From contig NC_069001.1 in NCBI RefSeq assembly GCF_001194135.2, positions 36,284,688 to 36,333,812 of the forward strand: DNA of 49,125 nt. The letters run 5' to 3'. The position numbers and the translations under genes were made by a program. Origin of the DNA: Octopus bimaculoides. Taxonomy: Eukaryota. The notes below the pieces were generated by a model. The model had not been told where the DNA came from and made no database searches. It saw only the letters and a list, made by a program, of their open reading frames with translations. Of the stretch, positions 1 through 11,654 are shown in pieces; position 1 is the first letter of the stretch, and the number at the start of each line of letters is the position of its first letter.

Positions 1-160
1 TGTTTCGTGTTTGTTTTGAGAATGCATTTTTTTTTTATCATTTGTTTTTGCTTCTGATTGTTTTTTGTTTTTTTTGCTGTTGCTTTCTTCTGTATATTTC
101 GAGTAGAATGCTTAAGAATGCAATCTGTACATATGTGTGTAGGTAATAAATATACCGACA

Positions 161-164
<4 letters not shown>

Positions 165-198
<34 letters not shown>

Positions 199-288
199 CA
201 TATATACATATATGTATTCGACGTTAAACGATGATGATGATGACATATATATATATATATATGTATGCATATATACATATATGTATGC

Positions 289-319
<31 letters not shown>

Positions 320-343
320 CATACATATATGTATGCCTGTATG

Positions 344-404
<61 letters not shown>

Positions 405-690
405 GTATGTATATATGTATATATATATGTATGTATATAGATATATATGCACATATATATATACATATATATGTATGCATATATATACATATATATATGT
501 ATATAGATATATATATATATGCACATATATATACACACACATATATATATACATATATATGTATGCATGTATATACATATATATATGTATATATATATAT
601 ATATGCACATATATATACACACACATATATATATACACATATATGTATATATATATATACATACATACATACATACATACATATATGCAT
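165..690. repeat. Compound (TA)n/(TACA)n microsatellite
   Basis: Directly visible; source of the YIYI-type ORFs at 112-735. Confidence 0.95.
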
Positions 691-983
691 TCACATTGTG
701 GTTCATCTTGCCTAGAATACACTAAACAAGGTTAAAAGCTTATTTGTTCTTTTGTGAGTTCTTGAAAGAAAAAATAAATAAATAAATCCTTAAATAAATA
801 AAACAAAACAGAAAAGTTACTAAAAAAAAACCCACAAACGACCCCAAGAGATCCAGCTTCTGTATTATAATATTGTACACTTAAATGAATTTTCCATGAG
901 TAAGCTGTTTTTATGTTGGTACATTTTCTTTGGTTAAGCAGTAAAACACTTTCAAAACATCACCATCAGCATCATCATCATCG

Positions 984-1023
<40 letters not shown>

Positions 1024-1024
1024 C

Positions 1025-1055
<31 letters not shown>

Positions 1056-1204
1056 TTTTCTCTCCTCAATTTGACTTGATGTAAGTTAACTTTGCCTGCA
1101 ATGCAACATGTGTTTATTTTCTATATATATATATATATATATATATACATGCTTACATGCATGCACACATACATACATACATTCATACATACAGACATAC
1201 ATAC

Positions 1205-1241
<37 letters not shown>

Positions 1242-1781
1242 GAGAGAGAGAGGGAGAGAGAGGGGGAGTGAGAGAGGGCACCAAGGCCTTGGCACTTATG
1301 GTATATAATACAGTATATACTTCCCTATTCTGAGAATGGAATGGAAAGGGGGTAAAGAACTGGGAGTGGGGAGTTCTTGTTTCGTTGCTGCAAACATATT
1401 TTCATGTAAATGTTAATAGAAAGCTAATCCAGAGCCCCTCCGTCGCAGCCTTTACATACAGGCACACATGCTCTATATACACATGCGCACGCTGTCACTG
1501 TGTCCACAATTATTGCTCTCACTACAAGCTGAGGAAGAAGAGGAAAAAAAGAACTGAAAAGAAAGAAGGAAGTAATTTTAAAACTTGTCCAAGATACACA
1601 TAGACATATATTGAACTGACAGTAATCAATAATTTATAGGTTTGATTTTGACCAAACATATTAAAATCTTCCAATAATATCAAATGTTGACACACACACA
1701 CACTCAAACATATACAGAAAATTATGTGTGTGTGTATATATATATATGTGTGATTGTCTGTGTCTGTGTAATCTTTGAAAC

Positions 1782-1885
<104 letters not shown>

Positions 1886-2134
1886 ATATATGCATTATAT
1901 AAAAATATCTGTATATATGTAGATATATTTTATATGTATCATATATAAGTATATATGTATGTATATGTGTATGGGTATATGCACTACTTATATATATGTA
2001 TGTATGTGTGTATACTTTTGTATGCGTATATCTATATATATTTGCATGTATGGGTATAAGATACTTATATATAATTTATCATCTGTGAATAAATTATATG
2101 TATGTATATATATATATATATATATACATATACA

Positions 2135-2169
<35 letters not shown>

Positions 2170-3032
2170 GCAGTAATAAGATCGGGATTGTTTAGAATCA
2201 GATGTTATTTTCGTAGCAAAACATATCATCTTTAAACTCAGAAAAACTTGTTTTCATTTTCTCCAGAAAAACTAAAGAAAATCAAAACAAAAGAACAAAA
2301 AGCTTCTCTGATTTTTGGAAAATTCAAAGATTAAATATGAACGGCCTTTCTGGTTTTGACATTCTTGCACAACATTTTAGAAGAATGTCTCTTTTTTTAG
2401 TTTTCTGTTTCTTTTCTCCCCCACCCCACCCGCATTTTGGGTTTTGGCATAAAGATTATGAATTTATATTTCCAAGAGAGACAGAGAGCCTGCGGTAGAG
2501 AATATATGTAATTCAATGAATTGACCCAATTATTTAACTGGTACTTATTTATATAAACATTAGAAAGGGGGAAGCAATGGTCTTTCCCTAATGATTTGAA
2601 CTTAATGAATGAAGTAGTGAAATGAAACTAAAAGTTGTAATGCTTGACGGTCAATACTAATTCCTTTATTTATTGATCACTTGGAAGACTTCCAATCAGG
2701 TGGGAAGAGGATTTCAGAAAGATGTTTGAACAACATGGAGGAGAATGGCGAGTGCATGAGGGGAATGGAGCAAATGGTGTGGCCAGTGGAACTGACTTGG
2801 CACCAGACAGCCTGGCTGATTCAGGCAATTGACCATTCGTTGATTGACCTCATGGACTCTTGAGTATGCTTAAGCAGATGTTATTTAATTTGGTTATACC
2901 CATGGAGGACACCAAAGTGGGAGGCCACATGGTTTTGTGTTTACAACTCACTCATGTGTAGAAACATTGATATTTCCAGCTATAAAAGCAAAAAAAAATC
3001 CATATGACCACCCATTTTGCATCTCCCAGGAT

Positions 3033-3215
3033 TATCATCATCATTATCATCATCATCATCATCATCATTTTAATATTCACTTTTCAGTGCTTGCTTGGGC
3101 TGCACAGAGTTTACTTGAGGTTGACTTTCTATGGCTGGGTGCTCTTCCTGTTGCCAACATTCATCTGTTTTGTTTCCAAGGTAATATTTCCCCATGGCTA
3201 GACATTTGGTCAACC
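3033..3215 (-). mobile_element. Diverged copy of (GAT)n-tailed short retroelement
   Basis: (CAT)n tract followed by ttttaatattcacttttcagtgcttgcttggg and ctatggctgggtgctcttcctgttgccaac, resembling 31073-31212. Confidence 0.55.
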
Positions 3216-3247
3216 TGCGATTATGACCCTTCATCAGTTGTCAGCTA

Positions 3248-3305
<58 letters not shown>

Positions 3306-3306
3306 A

Positions 3307-3448
3307 CATTAGGAAGGGCAGCCAGCTATATAAACCATGCCAAATCAGACTGGCGTCTGGTGTTGCCCTTCAGCTTACCAGCCTTGGTCAAACCTTCCAA
3401 CCCATGCCAGCATGGACAACGGATGTTAAATCACGATGATGATGATGA
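3307..3448 (+). mobile_element. (GAT)n-tailed short retroelement (non-autonomous or LINE 3' end, RTE-like tail)
   Basis: Aligns over its length to the reverse complement of 31073-31212; ends ccaacccatgccagcatggacaacggatgttaaa-(GAT)n. Tail-only copies at about 218-243, 7627-7715, 17625-17690, 32208-32293 and 43740-43800. Confidence 0.8.
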
Positions 3449-3452
3449 CAGT

Positions 3453-3603
3453 GGGCTTCTTTCAGTTTCCGTCTCCTAAATCCACTCACAAGGCTTTGGT
3501 CGGTCTGAGGCTATAGTAGAAGAAACTTGCCCAAGCTGCCATGCAGTGGGACTGAACCCAGAACCATGTGGTTGGAAAGCAAGCTTCTTGCCACACCTGC
3601 ACC
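3453..3603 (-). mobile_element. SINE family B, 5' half
   Basis: Near-identical to 31236-31395 and to the reverse complement of 20981-21140. Confidence 0.85.
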
Positions 3604-3999
3604 GATATTTGTTTATTATTGCTTTATATCAGCAATAATTAGTGAAGAGGGGAGTCCTTCGATCAGCCTTACAGCAATTTGGTTTTAACGAACTTCTCTA
3701 TGAACTCTTCTACGTCTGACAAGAGGCTGCACTTCTTCTTGATGCGGTCATGTGCTTAGCAGTAGGGGCATTTTATTAATTCTAAATATTGACATTGGTG
3801 GGTTTGTTTTGTTTTTGGTGTTTTTCTCGAAGTATCTCATGTTGTATTTGTAAGTTGACTTTAAAGAAAAAAGAATACAAATTGAAGATTAATGGTTTGC
3901 GATCACAGCATCAAAGGGATGCTGTTTCTTTAGAAATGTTGCTGTATCATACAGTGTACAGTGTGTGCATATGCATACATACACACATATAAATGAATG

Positions 4000-4064
<65 letters not shown>

Positions 4065-4746
4065 ACGCATATCTGTTTATATAAATATATAAACATACGT
4101 ATATACACATATATGTATATACACATATATGTATATAAACATATCTATGTGTATACACATACATATGTATATACACGTGTTTATATATATATATATATAT
4201 ATTTGCATGCATGCACATACATNNNNNNNNNNNNNNNNNNNNNNNNNNNNNNNNNNNNNNNNNNNNNNNNNNNNNNNNNNNNNNNNNNNNNNNNNNNNNN
4301 NNNNNNNNNNNNNNNNNNNNNNNNNNNNNNNNNNNNNNNNNNNNNNNNNNNNNNNNNNNNNNNNNNNNNNNNNNNNNNNNNNNNNNNNNNNNNNNNNNNN
4401 NNNNNNNNNNNNNNNNNNNNNNNNNNNNNNNNNNNNNNNNNNNNNNNNNNNNNNNNNNNNNNNNNNNNNNNNNNNNNNNNNNNNNNNNNNNNNNNNNNNN
4501 NNNNNNNNNNNNNNNNNNNNNNNNNNNNNNNNNNNNNNNNNNNNNNNNNNNNNNNNNNNNNNNNNNNNNNNNNNNNNNNNNNNNNNNNNNNNNNNNNNNN
4601 NNNNNNNNNNNNNNNNNNNNNNNNNNNNNNNNNNNNNNNNNNNNNNNNNNNNNNNNNNNNNNNNNNNNNNNNNNNNNNNNNNNNNNNNNNNNNNNNNNNN
4701 NNNNNNNNNNNNNNNNNNNNNNNNNNNNNNNNNNNNNNNNNNNNNN

Positions 4747-4787
<41 letters not shown>

Positions 4788-4789
4788 TC

Positions 4790-4990
4790 ATTTGAAAGTC
4801 CTGCAATTTTGGTTGTATGTTTTTCTGCTCTGATTTATGTTGTTAATAATTTTCAAAGCAAGTATGATTAGGATTTTTCTTATTGGCCGTTCCCCACATT
4901 CTGGTTATCTCTATTTCCAGATCTTTACAATTTAATAATATCTCCATTTATTTTCCTGTATCAGAAGGACTGACTCATAGTCGTGTTCAT
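4790..4990 (-). mobile_element. Decayed R4/Dong-clade non-LTR retrotransposon fragment (C-terminal restriction-like endonuclease region)
   Basis: Minus strand translates MEILLNCKDLEIEITRMWG, then after frameshifts EKHTTKIAGLSN; matches the family pattern EK..KYKDLEIEI.RMW from memory. Confidence 0.6.
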
Positions 4991-5194
4991 GTATTTCGTA
5001 TAATATGTATATTCTTATGTCATTCCTCCTCCTCTCTTTTTTCTTCTCATGTTCTTTTATGTTAAACCCCACATGAAATGTAAACAGCCCTCATACGTCT
5101 CCCTCATCGATGCTCCAATGGTAAAAAAAAATGGAATCATTAATATCATTATTATTATCATTATTATTATTATTATTACCATCATCATCATCAT

Positions 5195-5250
5195 GAAGGC
5201 TGAAAGCTACCAGAATCATTAGCACACATGGGGAAAATGCTTAGTGACAT
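5195..5250 (+). mobile_element. SINE family A, head only
   Basis: gaaggctgaaagctaccagaatcattagcacacatggggaaaatgcttag resembles the head at 43421. Confidence 0.65.
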
Positions 5251-5267
5251 CGTAAATCTGGTATTTG

Positions 5268-5507
5268 AAAGTATAACTCAACGAAAGTATAACTCAACGA
5301 AAGTATAACTCAACCAAAGTATAACTCAACCAAAGTATAACTCAACCAAAGTATAACTCAACCAAAGTATAACTCAACCAAAGTATAACTCAACCAAAGT
5401 ATAACTCAACCAAAGTATAACTCAACCAAAGTATGACTCAACCAAAGTATGACTCAACCAAAGTATGACTCAACCAAAGTATGACTCAACCAAAGTATGA
5501 CTCAATC
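5268..5507 (+). repeat. Minisatellite, 15 x 16 bp (AAAGTATAACTCAACC)
   Basis: Counted directly: units 1-2 end in ACG, units 3-10 canonical, units 11-15 carry TATGA, last unit ends ATC. Confidence 0.97.
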
Positions 5508-5614
5508 AAAAAGAACAAAGGTTCACAAAATTGTGATAATAGATTTAACTTAAAAAATAAAATCTATAGTTTTGGTTCAGAGAATAAGGGGTTGGCTGAC
5601 TGGAATCAAAAGGG

Positions 5615-6625
5615 GTAATGCCAACCAACCTGGACCACCCTCTGGCCCTTAAATAGGAACTTCCTATTTTAAAGCTCTAAAAGCTTTTCATTAAAATTTC
5701 TTTTTAATTCTTCCCTTTAACATTTAGATTCCTCTATCAAATGTGATGTTTATTTATTCATATTATTTCGAATTAATTATGTCATTATATCATAGCCTAA
5801 CGATTTTGATGTGATTGTTTATTTTTTAGAATGGCATAGTAGGGTAGGTATAAGAAGCCAGATCTTGCTGGTTTTAATATAAAACTGGTAGAAGTTCCAA
5901 TTAGTAGCTTAACAATGACAATTATTTCTCTAAATTCTTCCTTATTTTCAAAATTAATTTAAATAAAAATAGGGTATTTCAGTAGAAATACAGCAATAAA
6001 ACAGTTTCAGCAGAAGTTGTAAAGTGGCTCCTTCTCTACCTTTTTCAGACCTTCTGGTCCCCTACCTGCCAACTTACAAGCTTCTTAACTCTTTTGATAT
6101 TAACTCACCTGAGACAATTACTGCTATCAATGATACAAACTTTCTGTCTCAAAGTAATCTTAATAAAAACTTGCCATTAAAATTTCCTTTCAATTTATGT
6201 TCTGAACACTGATTTAACCATGACAATGTCGTTTTACTAAATTCGTTAATTATTTTCAAAAATTAACAGAAACAAACATAGTGGATTTCAGTAAAAATAT
6301 AGTAATGAATAATATGGTTAAGCAAGACCTAGGAATAAAAAACAGCAATAATAGTTATCACAGCTCTATTTCCAATTTAAATTTATCTGACTAACCATTT
6401 TGATATTTTTCTGCCTAAAACTGCCTCTAGTTATATGATACAAGCTTCCAGTTTTAAACTGATCCAAACTGTAAAACCTTCCATCAAAATTTCATGTTAA
6501 TTTATCTTCCAAAAACTAGCTTAATAATGAACAAAGTTATTTTTGTTAATTCTCCATTATTTCCAAAATTTATGGAAAGGCATGGCAGAGTATTTCAAGA
6601 GAAATATGGTAAACAAAAGAGTTAA
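5615..6625 (-). mobile_element. Three same-orientation copies of a ~235-bp piggyBac-like MITE (about 5615-6010 interrupted, 6085-6321, 6391-6625)
   Basis: Mutually similar blocks (taaattc..ttattttcaaaa(a)ttaa...tatttcag..gaaata). Copy 2 has TTAA at both ends; copy 3 ends CAAAAGAG-TTAA versus CTAA-CCATTTTG. TTAA plus CCCTTT-like termini are piggyBac hallmarks. Strand is arbitrary. Confidence 0.6.
5711..5895 (-). mobile_element. Second MITE family (CCCTTTAGCATT terminus), nested in the first copy above
   Basis: Matches 29888-30060 (gattgtttatttt..gaatg.cat.gtagggta) and the reverse complement of 10822-11148. Confidence 0.65.
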
Positions 6626-6863
6626 ATGTTATTGATGCCTAAAAGCGGGATCTGCTGCCTAAGAGACTGCAAATTTGGAATCTCATTTTGCATTGCTAAA
6701 TCTAGCATTAAGACTTTTGTCTCTCTTCTCTCTTTCTTTCTCTCTTTCTCTATACCTTGTCTTTTTGTCTTTTTCTTTCTCATATGCACACTCACTCACA
6801 AAAGCATTTAAACATACATATATCATCAGGAATTAACAAAATTATATATATATATATATATAT

Positions 6864-6904
<41 letters not shown>

Positions 6905-6941
6905 NNNNNNNNNNNNNNNNNNNNNNNNNNNNNNNNNNNNN

Positions 6942-6986
<45 letters not shown>

Positions 6987-7626
6987 ATAAATGCATTAAG
7001 TTCAGTTCTCAGTACAGGCCCTCTGTTGTGCCCCAGAGCAAAACAAGGCACCAAAGATTGTTGCTAGCCCCAGTTTGCTTGATTGAACTAAAAGCTAAGC
7101 CCCGACCCCCCTGGATTCCAGTCCCTATTCCATGGTTGAATGGTTAGGGATCAGAAGGGCATCCAACTGTGAAAAATACAAATAACTGTTCTAACCAGGG
7201 GCATCCTGATCTAACCCCTTTTTTTAGTATGGTGGTGGTGGGTATGGGCAGAGGGGTAAAAGTTTGGGATGGATGTAAAACAACAACAAAAAAAACAAAG
7301 AAACAAAGAGAATTGATGACTCAGAATGGAGGTATTTTACTTACCATTTTCATAGAGGAACTGAACATGAAGATTGCCAAGGAATTTGTCTGTTGGCGAA
7401 AAAAAAATCTTCATGTTAATGATTATTATTCTAGGTGTTTCTAAATATATTGGTGGATCTTTGGAAAAGAATGTTCCTTGTTTTATTACGATTGCAAATA
7501 TTAGCCAATCAGAGAATCAGAATTCACACCCAGTCAGTGGGTCCCTGCAGAGTTGCTCTAACTGCTAGAAGTTGCAGCTAAATCTCTCCTCAAATCACAC
7601 TCTACCTTCTACACACACAAATGCTT

Positions 7627-7688
<62 letters not shown>
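7627..7688. repeat. (ATC)n microsatellite, tail of a minus-strand (GAT)n element
   Basis: Pure ATC run followed by tttaatgcccagtttcattctggcatg. Confidence 0.9.
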
Positions 7689-7879
7689 TTAATGCCCAGT
7701 TTCATTCTGGCATGAATTAGACCAGAGTTTGAGGCTCTCAAACATTTTTTTCACCTATTAACCCCTCTGATTCCTAATGTATTCAAATTAATATCCATGG
7801 CCATTCAGCGTTTAAAAAATCCTATTTTCATCATTGGATATTTTTAGGAACTGCATAAAAAAGAAATCGTTAAAAATTT

Positions 7880-7991
7880 AAAATTGTGTATTGTAGAAGT
7901 AGAGCCAATTTATTGCACAGAAACCTTAACAAAAAAATCTTTCATGGACCCCACTCCTAAGGGTCATAGGGGTCCTGATTAAGAACCACTG
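7880..7991 (-). mobile_element. hAT-like MITE end
   Basis: Reverse complement CAGTGGTTCTTAATCAGGACCCCTATGACCCTTAGG matches 35031-35070. CAGTGGTTCTCAA is a typical hAT/Charlie terminus. Inner boundary uncertain. Confidence 0.5.
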
Positions 7992-8000
7992 AATTAAGCA

Positions 8001-8083
8001 GCTTGCCCAGGGTGCCATGCAACGAGACTGAACCTGGAACCATGTGGTTGGGAGGCAAGCTTCTTAGCTACACAGCTATGCCT
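8001..8083 (-). mobile_element. SINE family B head
   Basis: gcttgcccagggtgccatgcaacgagactgaacctggaaccatgtggttggg matches other B copies. Confidence 0.8.
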
Positions 8084-9264
8084 ACCCCCCATCAAAACAA
8101 CAAGAAAGAAACAAAACATTCAAATGATATTGTTCCAAGCTTAATTAACTTTATTAGAATAAATATAGCTTTTATTTTTGTTCCTTTATTTTCTTTTGTT
8201 TTGTTTTCTTCTTTTCCACCCATCCTCCCACCAACACAATCACCTCAAAACTGCATTTAGAAAACAGCAGCACTTTACTATATAATTCGTCTGTTCCNNN
8301 NNNNNNNNNNNNNNNNNNNNNNNNNNNNNNNNNNNNNNNNNNNNNNNNNNNNNNNNNNNNNNNNNNNNNNNNNNNNNNNNNNNNNNNNNNNNNNNNNNNN
8401 CTTTGATTTATGTTCTTCTCCTCACACACATAGATAAGAAACACTTGTAAAAAAATACCCAGGAAGAGAAGATTGAAGGAAGGGAGGGAGGAAGCAAGGA
8501 AGGAAAGAATATAGATATATATGCATACACATACATATAGGTAATATATATATATGTAGATAGGTAGATAGATAGGTAGATTGGTAGATAGATAAGTGAA
8601 TACATAATGATAGATAGATAGATAAAAACAGATAAACATACTCAAACAGACAGACAAACACACATACAGACAGACAAACAGACATGGCAAAAGATGAAGA
8701 TAAATATAGAAAAAGACAGATAAATGGTAAGAAAGAAAGAAAGAAAAGGATTGAAATAAGGGAAGAAAGAAAGACGAAAAGAGAATCCTTTTCCAAAATA
8801 TTTGTTTTAAGAACTGATGATTGGCAAAGCACCAGATATTGGTAATGAAGCGAAATTTGGTTCTAAATCCAGCCAATACTTTGACGGTATTTATAACAGG
8901 AGAGATTATTCTGATCTGTTGATTATCAACAAGGATTCAGTCAATGACAGCCTGTGTGTTTATTGGATGTGTTCAATAAAGGAATCACTAAAAAGGAAAC
9001 AAGCAAATGTAGGAGTCACTAGGTGGTTACTCAATATGATAATAAAAGAAGAAATAATAGCCAAATCTCCCCTCAAATCAGGTTTAGCATTTTCAGAATG
9101 GAAGGTACATTGAGTAATTCTCAAGAGCTACTAAAGTAGAGATGTGTGTAAGTGGATTAGTTGCTTGTTTCTCTGGGGTAGTCAAGTGATGTAGACATCA
9201 CTGAGAAGACCCCAATATGGCCCGAAAGTTGGATAAGGCTTTTTTTTTCTCATTTTTTCTCAAC

Positions 9265-9462
9265 TGTTTCAGTCATTAGACTGCAGCCATGCTGGAGCAT
9301 CACCATCAAGAATTCTAATCAAACAAATCAACCGTGGTACTTAATTTTATAAACCTGGTGCTTATTTTATCAGTCTGTTTTACCAAACCACTAAGTTATG
9401 GGGACATAAATATACCAACTCCTATTATCAAGTTATGATGGGGTGAAAAAGTCAAACACAAA

Positions 9463-9475
<13 letters not shown>
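9265..9475 (-). mobile_element. SINE family B, 3' half
   Basis: Reverse complement of 11320-11500. A + strand 3' tip lies at about 9632-9700 and a - strand tip at 35286-35325. Confidence 0.75.
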
Positions 9476-9507
<32 letters not shown>

Positions 9508-9971
9508 ATTATATATAGTTGTTCAGCAAACTAGAAGGATAGATTTAGTACTACCAGACGAAACACTTAGCAACATTTCTTCACGTGAGACAAAAATAAA
9601 GAAGTGATGATGATATTCATTCAACTAAATTTCTTTGAGGTGGTGCCCCAGCATGGCTGCTGTCTAATCACCAAATGAAACTAGTAAAAGATAAGAGATA
9701 ATTGGAAATTAGTAAATTTAGGGATTAAGGATTTGAGAAATGAAGAGAAGGAGTAAAACCAAAAACATCCCTCCCCATATATGCCTTATATGGTGGCCAC
9801 CTCCACTGAAAATAGCTCTGTTCAATATGGTTATTGTTAATTAAATTGCCAATAATGCAGCTTGCTACTTTTAACTATATTTACTGTTTTCAATTTAATA
9901 TGGACGCTCAATTTAATGTGTTCAATTTAATTTGATTATATACACATACATACATTTGTACATACACTCAA

Positions 9972-10023
<52 letters not shown>

Positions 10024-10821
10024 GTATGTATTGTGTTATGTATTAAATATACACTTAATTGAAGTATATGTTTAGAAATGTATATATATATATATATATA
10101 TATATATGTGGGTGTGTATATACTCTTTAAATAAATATGTTATATAATATTTTAATAAACACATTCTTGTAATATTTATCATGCATAATATTAAAATATC
10201 TATTTTATATTGCATATAAATTTATATAATTAATAAATTACAATACATGTCTAATTATGTACGTCCATATGTATATGTGTATATATGTGAGCATATATAC
10301 ATGTGTATATATACATGTGTGTATGTATATAATGCTTTCATGTGTATGTGTGTGAATGCATATATGTGAATAATATATATAGATTTATGTGTGTACATAT
10401 GTCTATTAATTATATAACACTATACAATTTATAAACATTAATATATATGACAATAAAATTTACCACATTGCATTGAGCAGACAGCAATCTTCGATGGTTT
10501 ATATGTTGATGGTATGCTCATCGTTAACGGTTCGTTATATATTAATTTTCTCCATTCACTTCTAATGTTCAACAACAACAATACTAACAACATCTTCATC
10601 AACAGGAGCAATATTTCTGCTATGGCCATAAAGGTTTTGCTTAGCATTCACACAGAGGTGCAATCATTTTAAAGGCAACTAATTTTTTCCTGGTTAATTA
10701 GATTGGTGCTAAGCTAATTAGCTCTTTGCATTTGGCATTCAATAACAATGTCAAAATAAAATGAATAATTTAATATGAAAATAATATCGAATATAATTCT
10801 TGTTTTGTTTTGGTTCGTTTT

Positions 10822-11148
10822 TGACCCTTTAGCATTTAAACTGGTCAGATGTGCCCCAAATATTCTTTTCTGCTCAAGGCACAAGGCCCGAAATTTTTGG
10901 GAAGAAGGCCAGTCGATTAGATCGACTCCAGTATGCAACTGGTACTTAATTTATCGACCCCAAAAGGATGCAAGGCTAAATCGACCTTGGTGGAATTTGA
11001 ACTCAGAACATAAAGACAGATGAAATACTGCTAAGCGTTTCACTCGGTGTGCTAACATTTCTGCCAGCTCGCTACCTCATGGCCCAAATATTCAACCTGT
11101 TTTATGTTCAGTTTGGCTGCATCCAGCCTCTCACACCCATCCTACAAT
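10822..11148 (+). mobile_element. MITE (CCCTTTAGCATT family) interrupted by a SINE A
   Basis: ttga-ccctttagcatttaaactgg to 10865, resuming at 11083-11148 (aacctgttttatgttc...ctctcacacccatcctacaatg). Confidence 0.7.
10866..11082 (-). mobile_element. SINE family A, full length, 11-bp target-site duplication
   Basis: Reverse complement of the A consensus; CCCAAATATTC at 10855-10865 and 11083-11093. Confidence 0.9.
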
Positions 11149-11284
11149 GCTTCTCAACTACATGGTTCCAAGTTCTGTCCCACTGCATGGCATCTTGGTC
11201 AAGTGACTATTATAGTCTCAGATAAACCAAAGCTTTTTGAGTGGATTTGGTAGAAGGAAACTGAAAGAAGCCCATCGTATATAA

Positions 11285-11320
<36 letters not shown>

Positions 11321-11503
11321 TTGTCCCCCATCATCGCTTGACAACCAATACTGGTGTGTTTACGTCCCCGTAACCTAGCGGTTCGGTAATAGAGATCTGA
11401 TAGAATAAGTACAAGGCTTACAAAGAATAAGTCCTGGGGTCGATTTGCTTGACCAAAGGCGATGCTCCAGCAAGGCCGCAGTTGAGATAACTGAGACAAA
11501 AGA
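11149..11503 (+). mobile_element. SINE family B, nearly complete (slightly 5' truncated) with internal (TA)/(TG) tract
   Basis: Head matches 20981-21140; tail matches 9265-9475 (reverse complement) and 39930-40020. Confidence 0.88.
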
Positions 11504-11516
11504 ATATATACATATA

Positions 11517-11610
11517 GGCTTTGGTCAGCCCGAGGCTATAACAGAAGACACTTGCCCAAAGTGCCACACAGTGGAACTGAACCTAGGGCTATGTGGTTGG
11601 GAAGCAAACA
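11517..11610 (-). mobile_element. SINE family B head, inverted relative to 11149
   Basis: ggctttggtcagcccgaggctataacagaagacacttgcccaaag...atgtggttgggaagc. Confidence 0.85.
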
Positions 11611-11654
11611 ATTGGCTGCAACTTCTAGCACATTGAGTGGCCACATAAGGGCTT

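Noticed and set aside
112-735. Long [16 protein letters not shown] ORFs here and throughout the track
   Set aside because: Translations of dinucleotide microsatellites or N gaps.
1529-1571. Possible exon [14 protein letters not shown]
   Set aside because: Purine run with mediocre splice sites; no partner exon.
2267-2357. Strong acceptor followed by KTKENQNKRTKSFSDFWKIQRLN
   Set aside because: No good donor before the stop; A-rich composition explains the open frame.
2681-2863. 60-aa ORF in GC-richer DNA
   Set aside because: No recognisable motif or splice sites; probably old repeat.
5268-5507. CRISPR-like array
   Set aside because: Contiguous repeats with no spacers, eukaryotic context, no cas genes.
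8817-9113. 98-aa ORF
   Set aside because: No motif, no splice support, and its end runs into an interspersed repeat.
10438-10677. Overlapping short ORFs on both strands, one signal-peptide-like
   Set aside because: Hydrophobic run derives from a (CAA)n-like tract; no other support.
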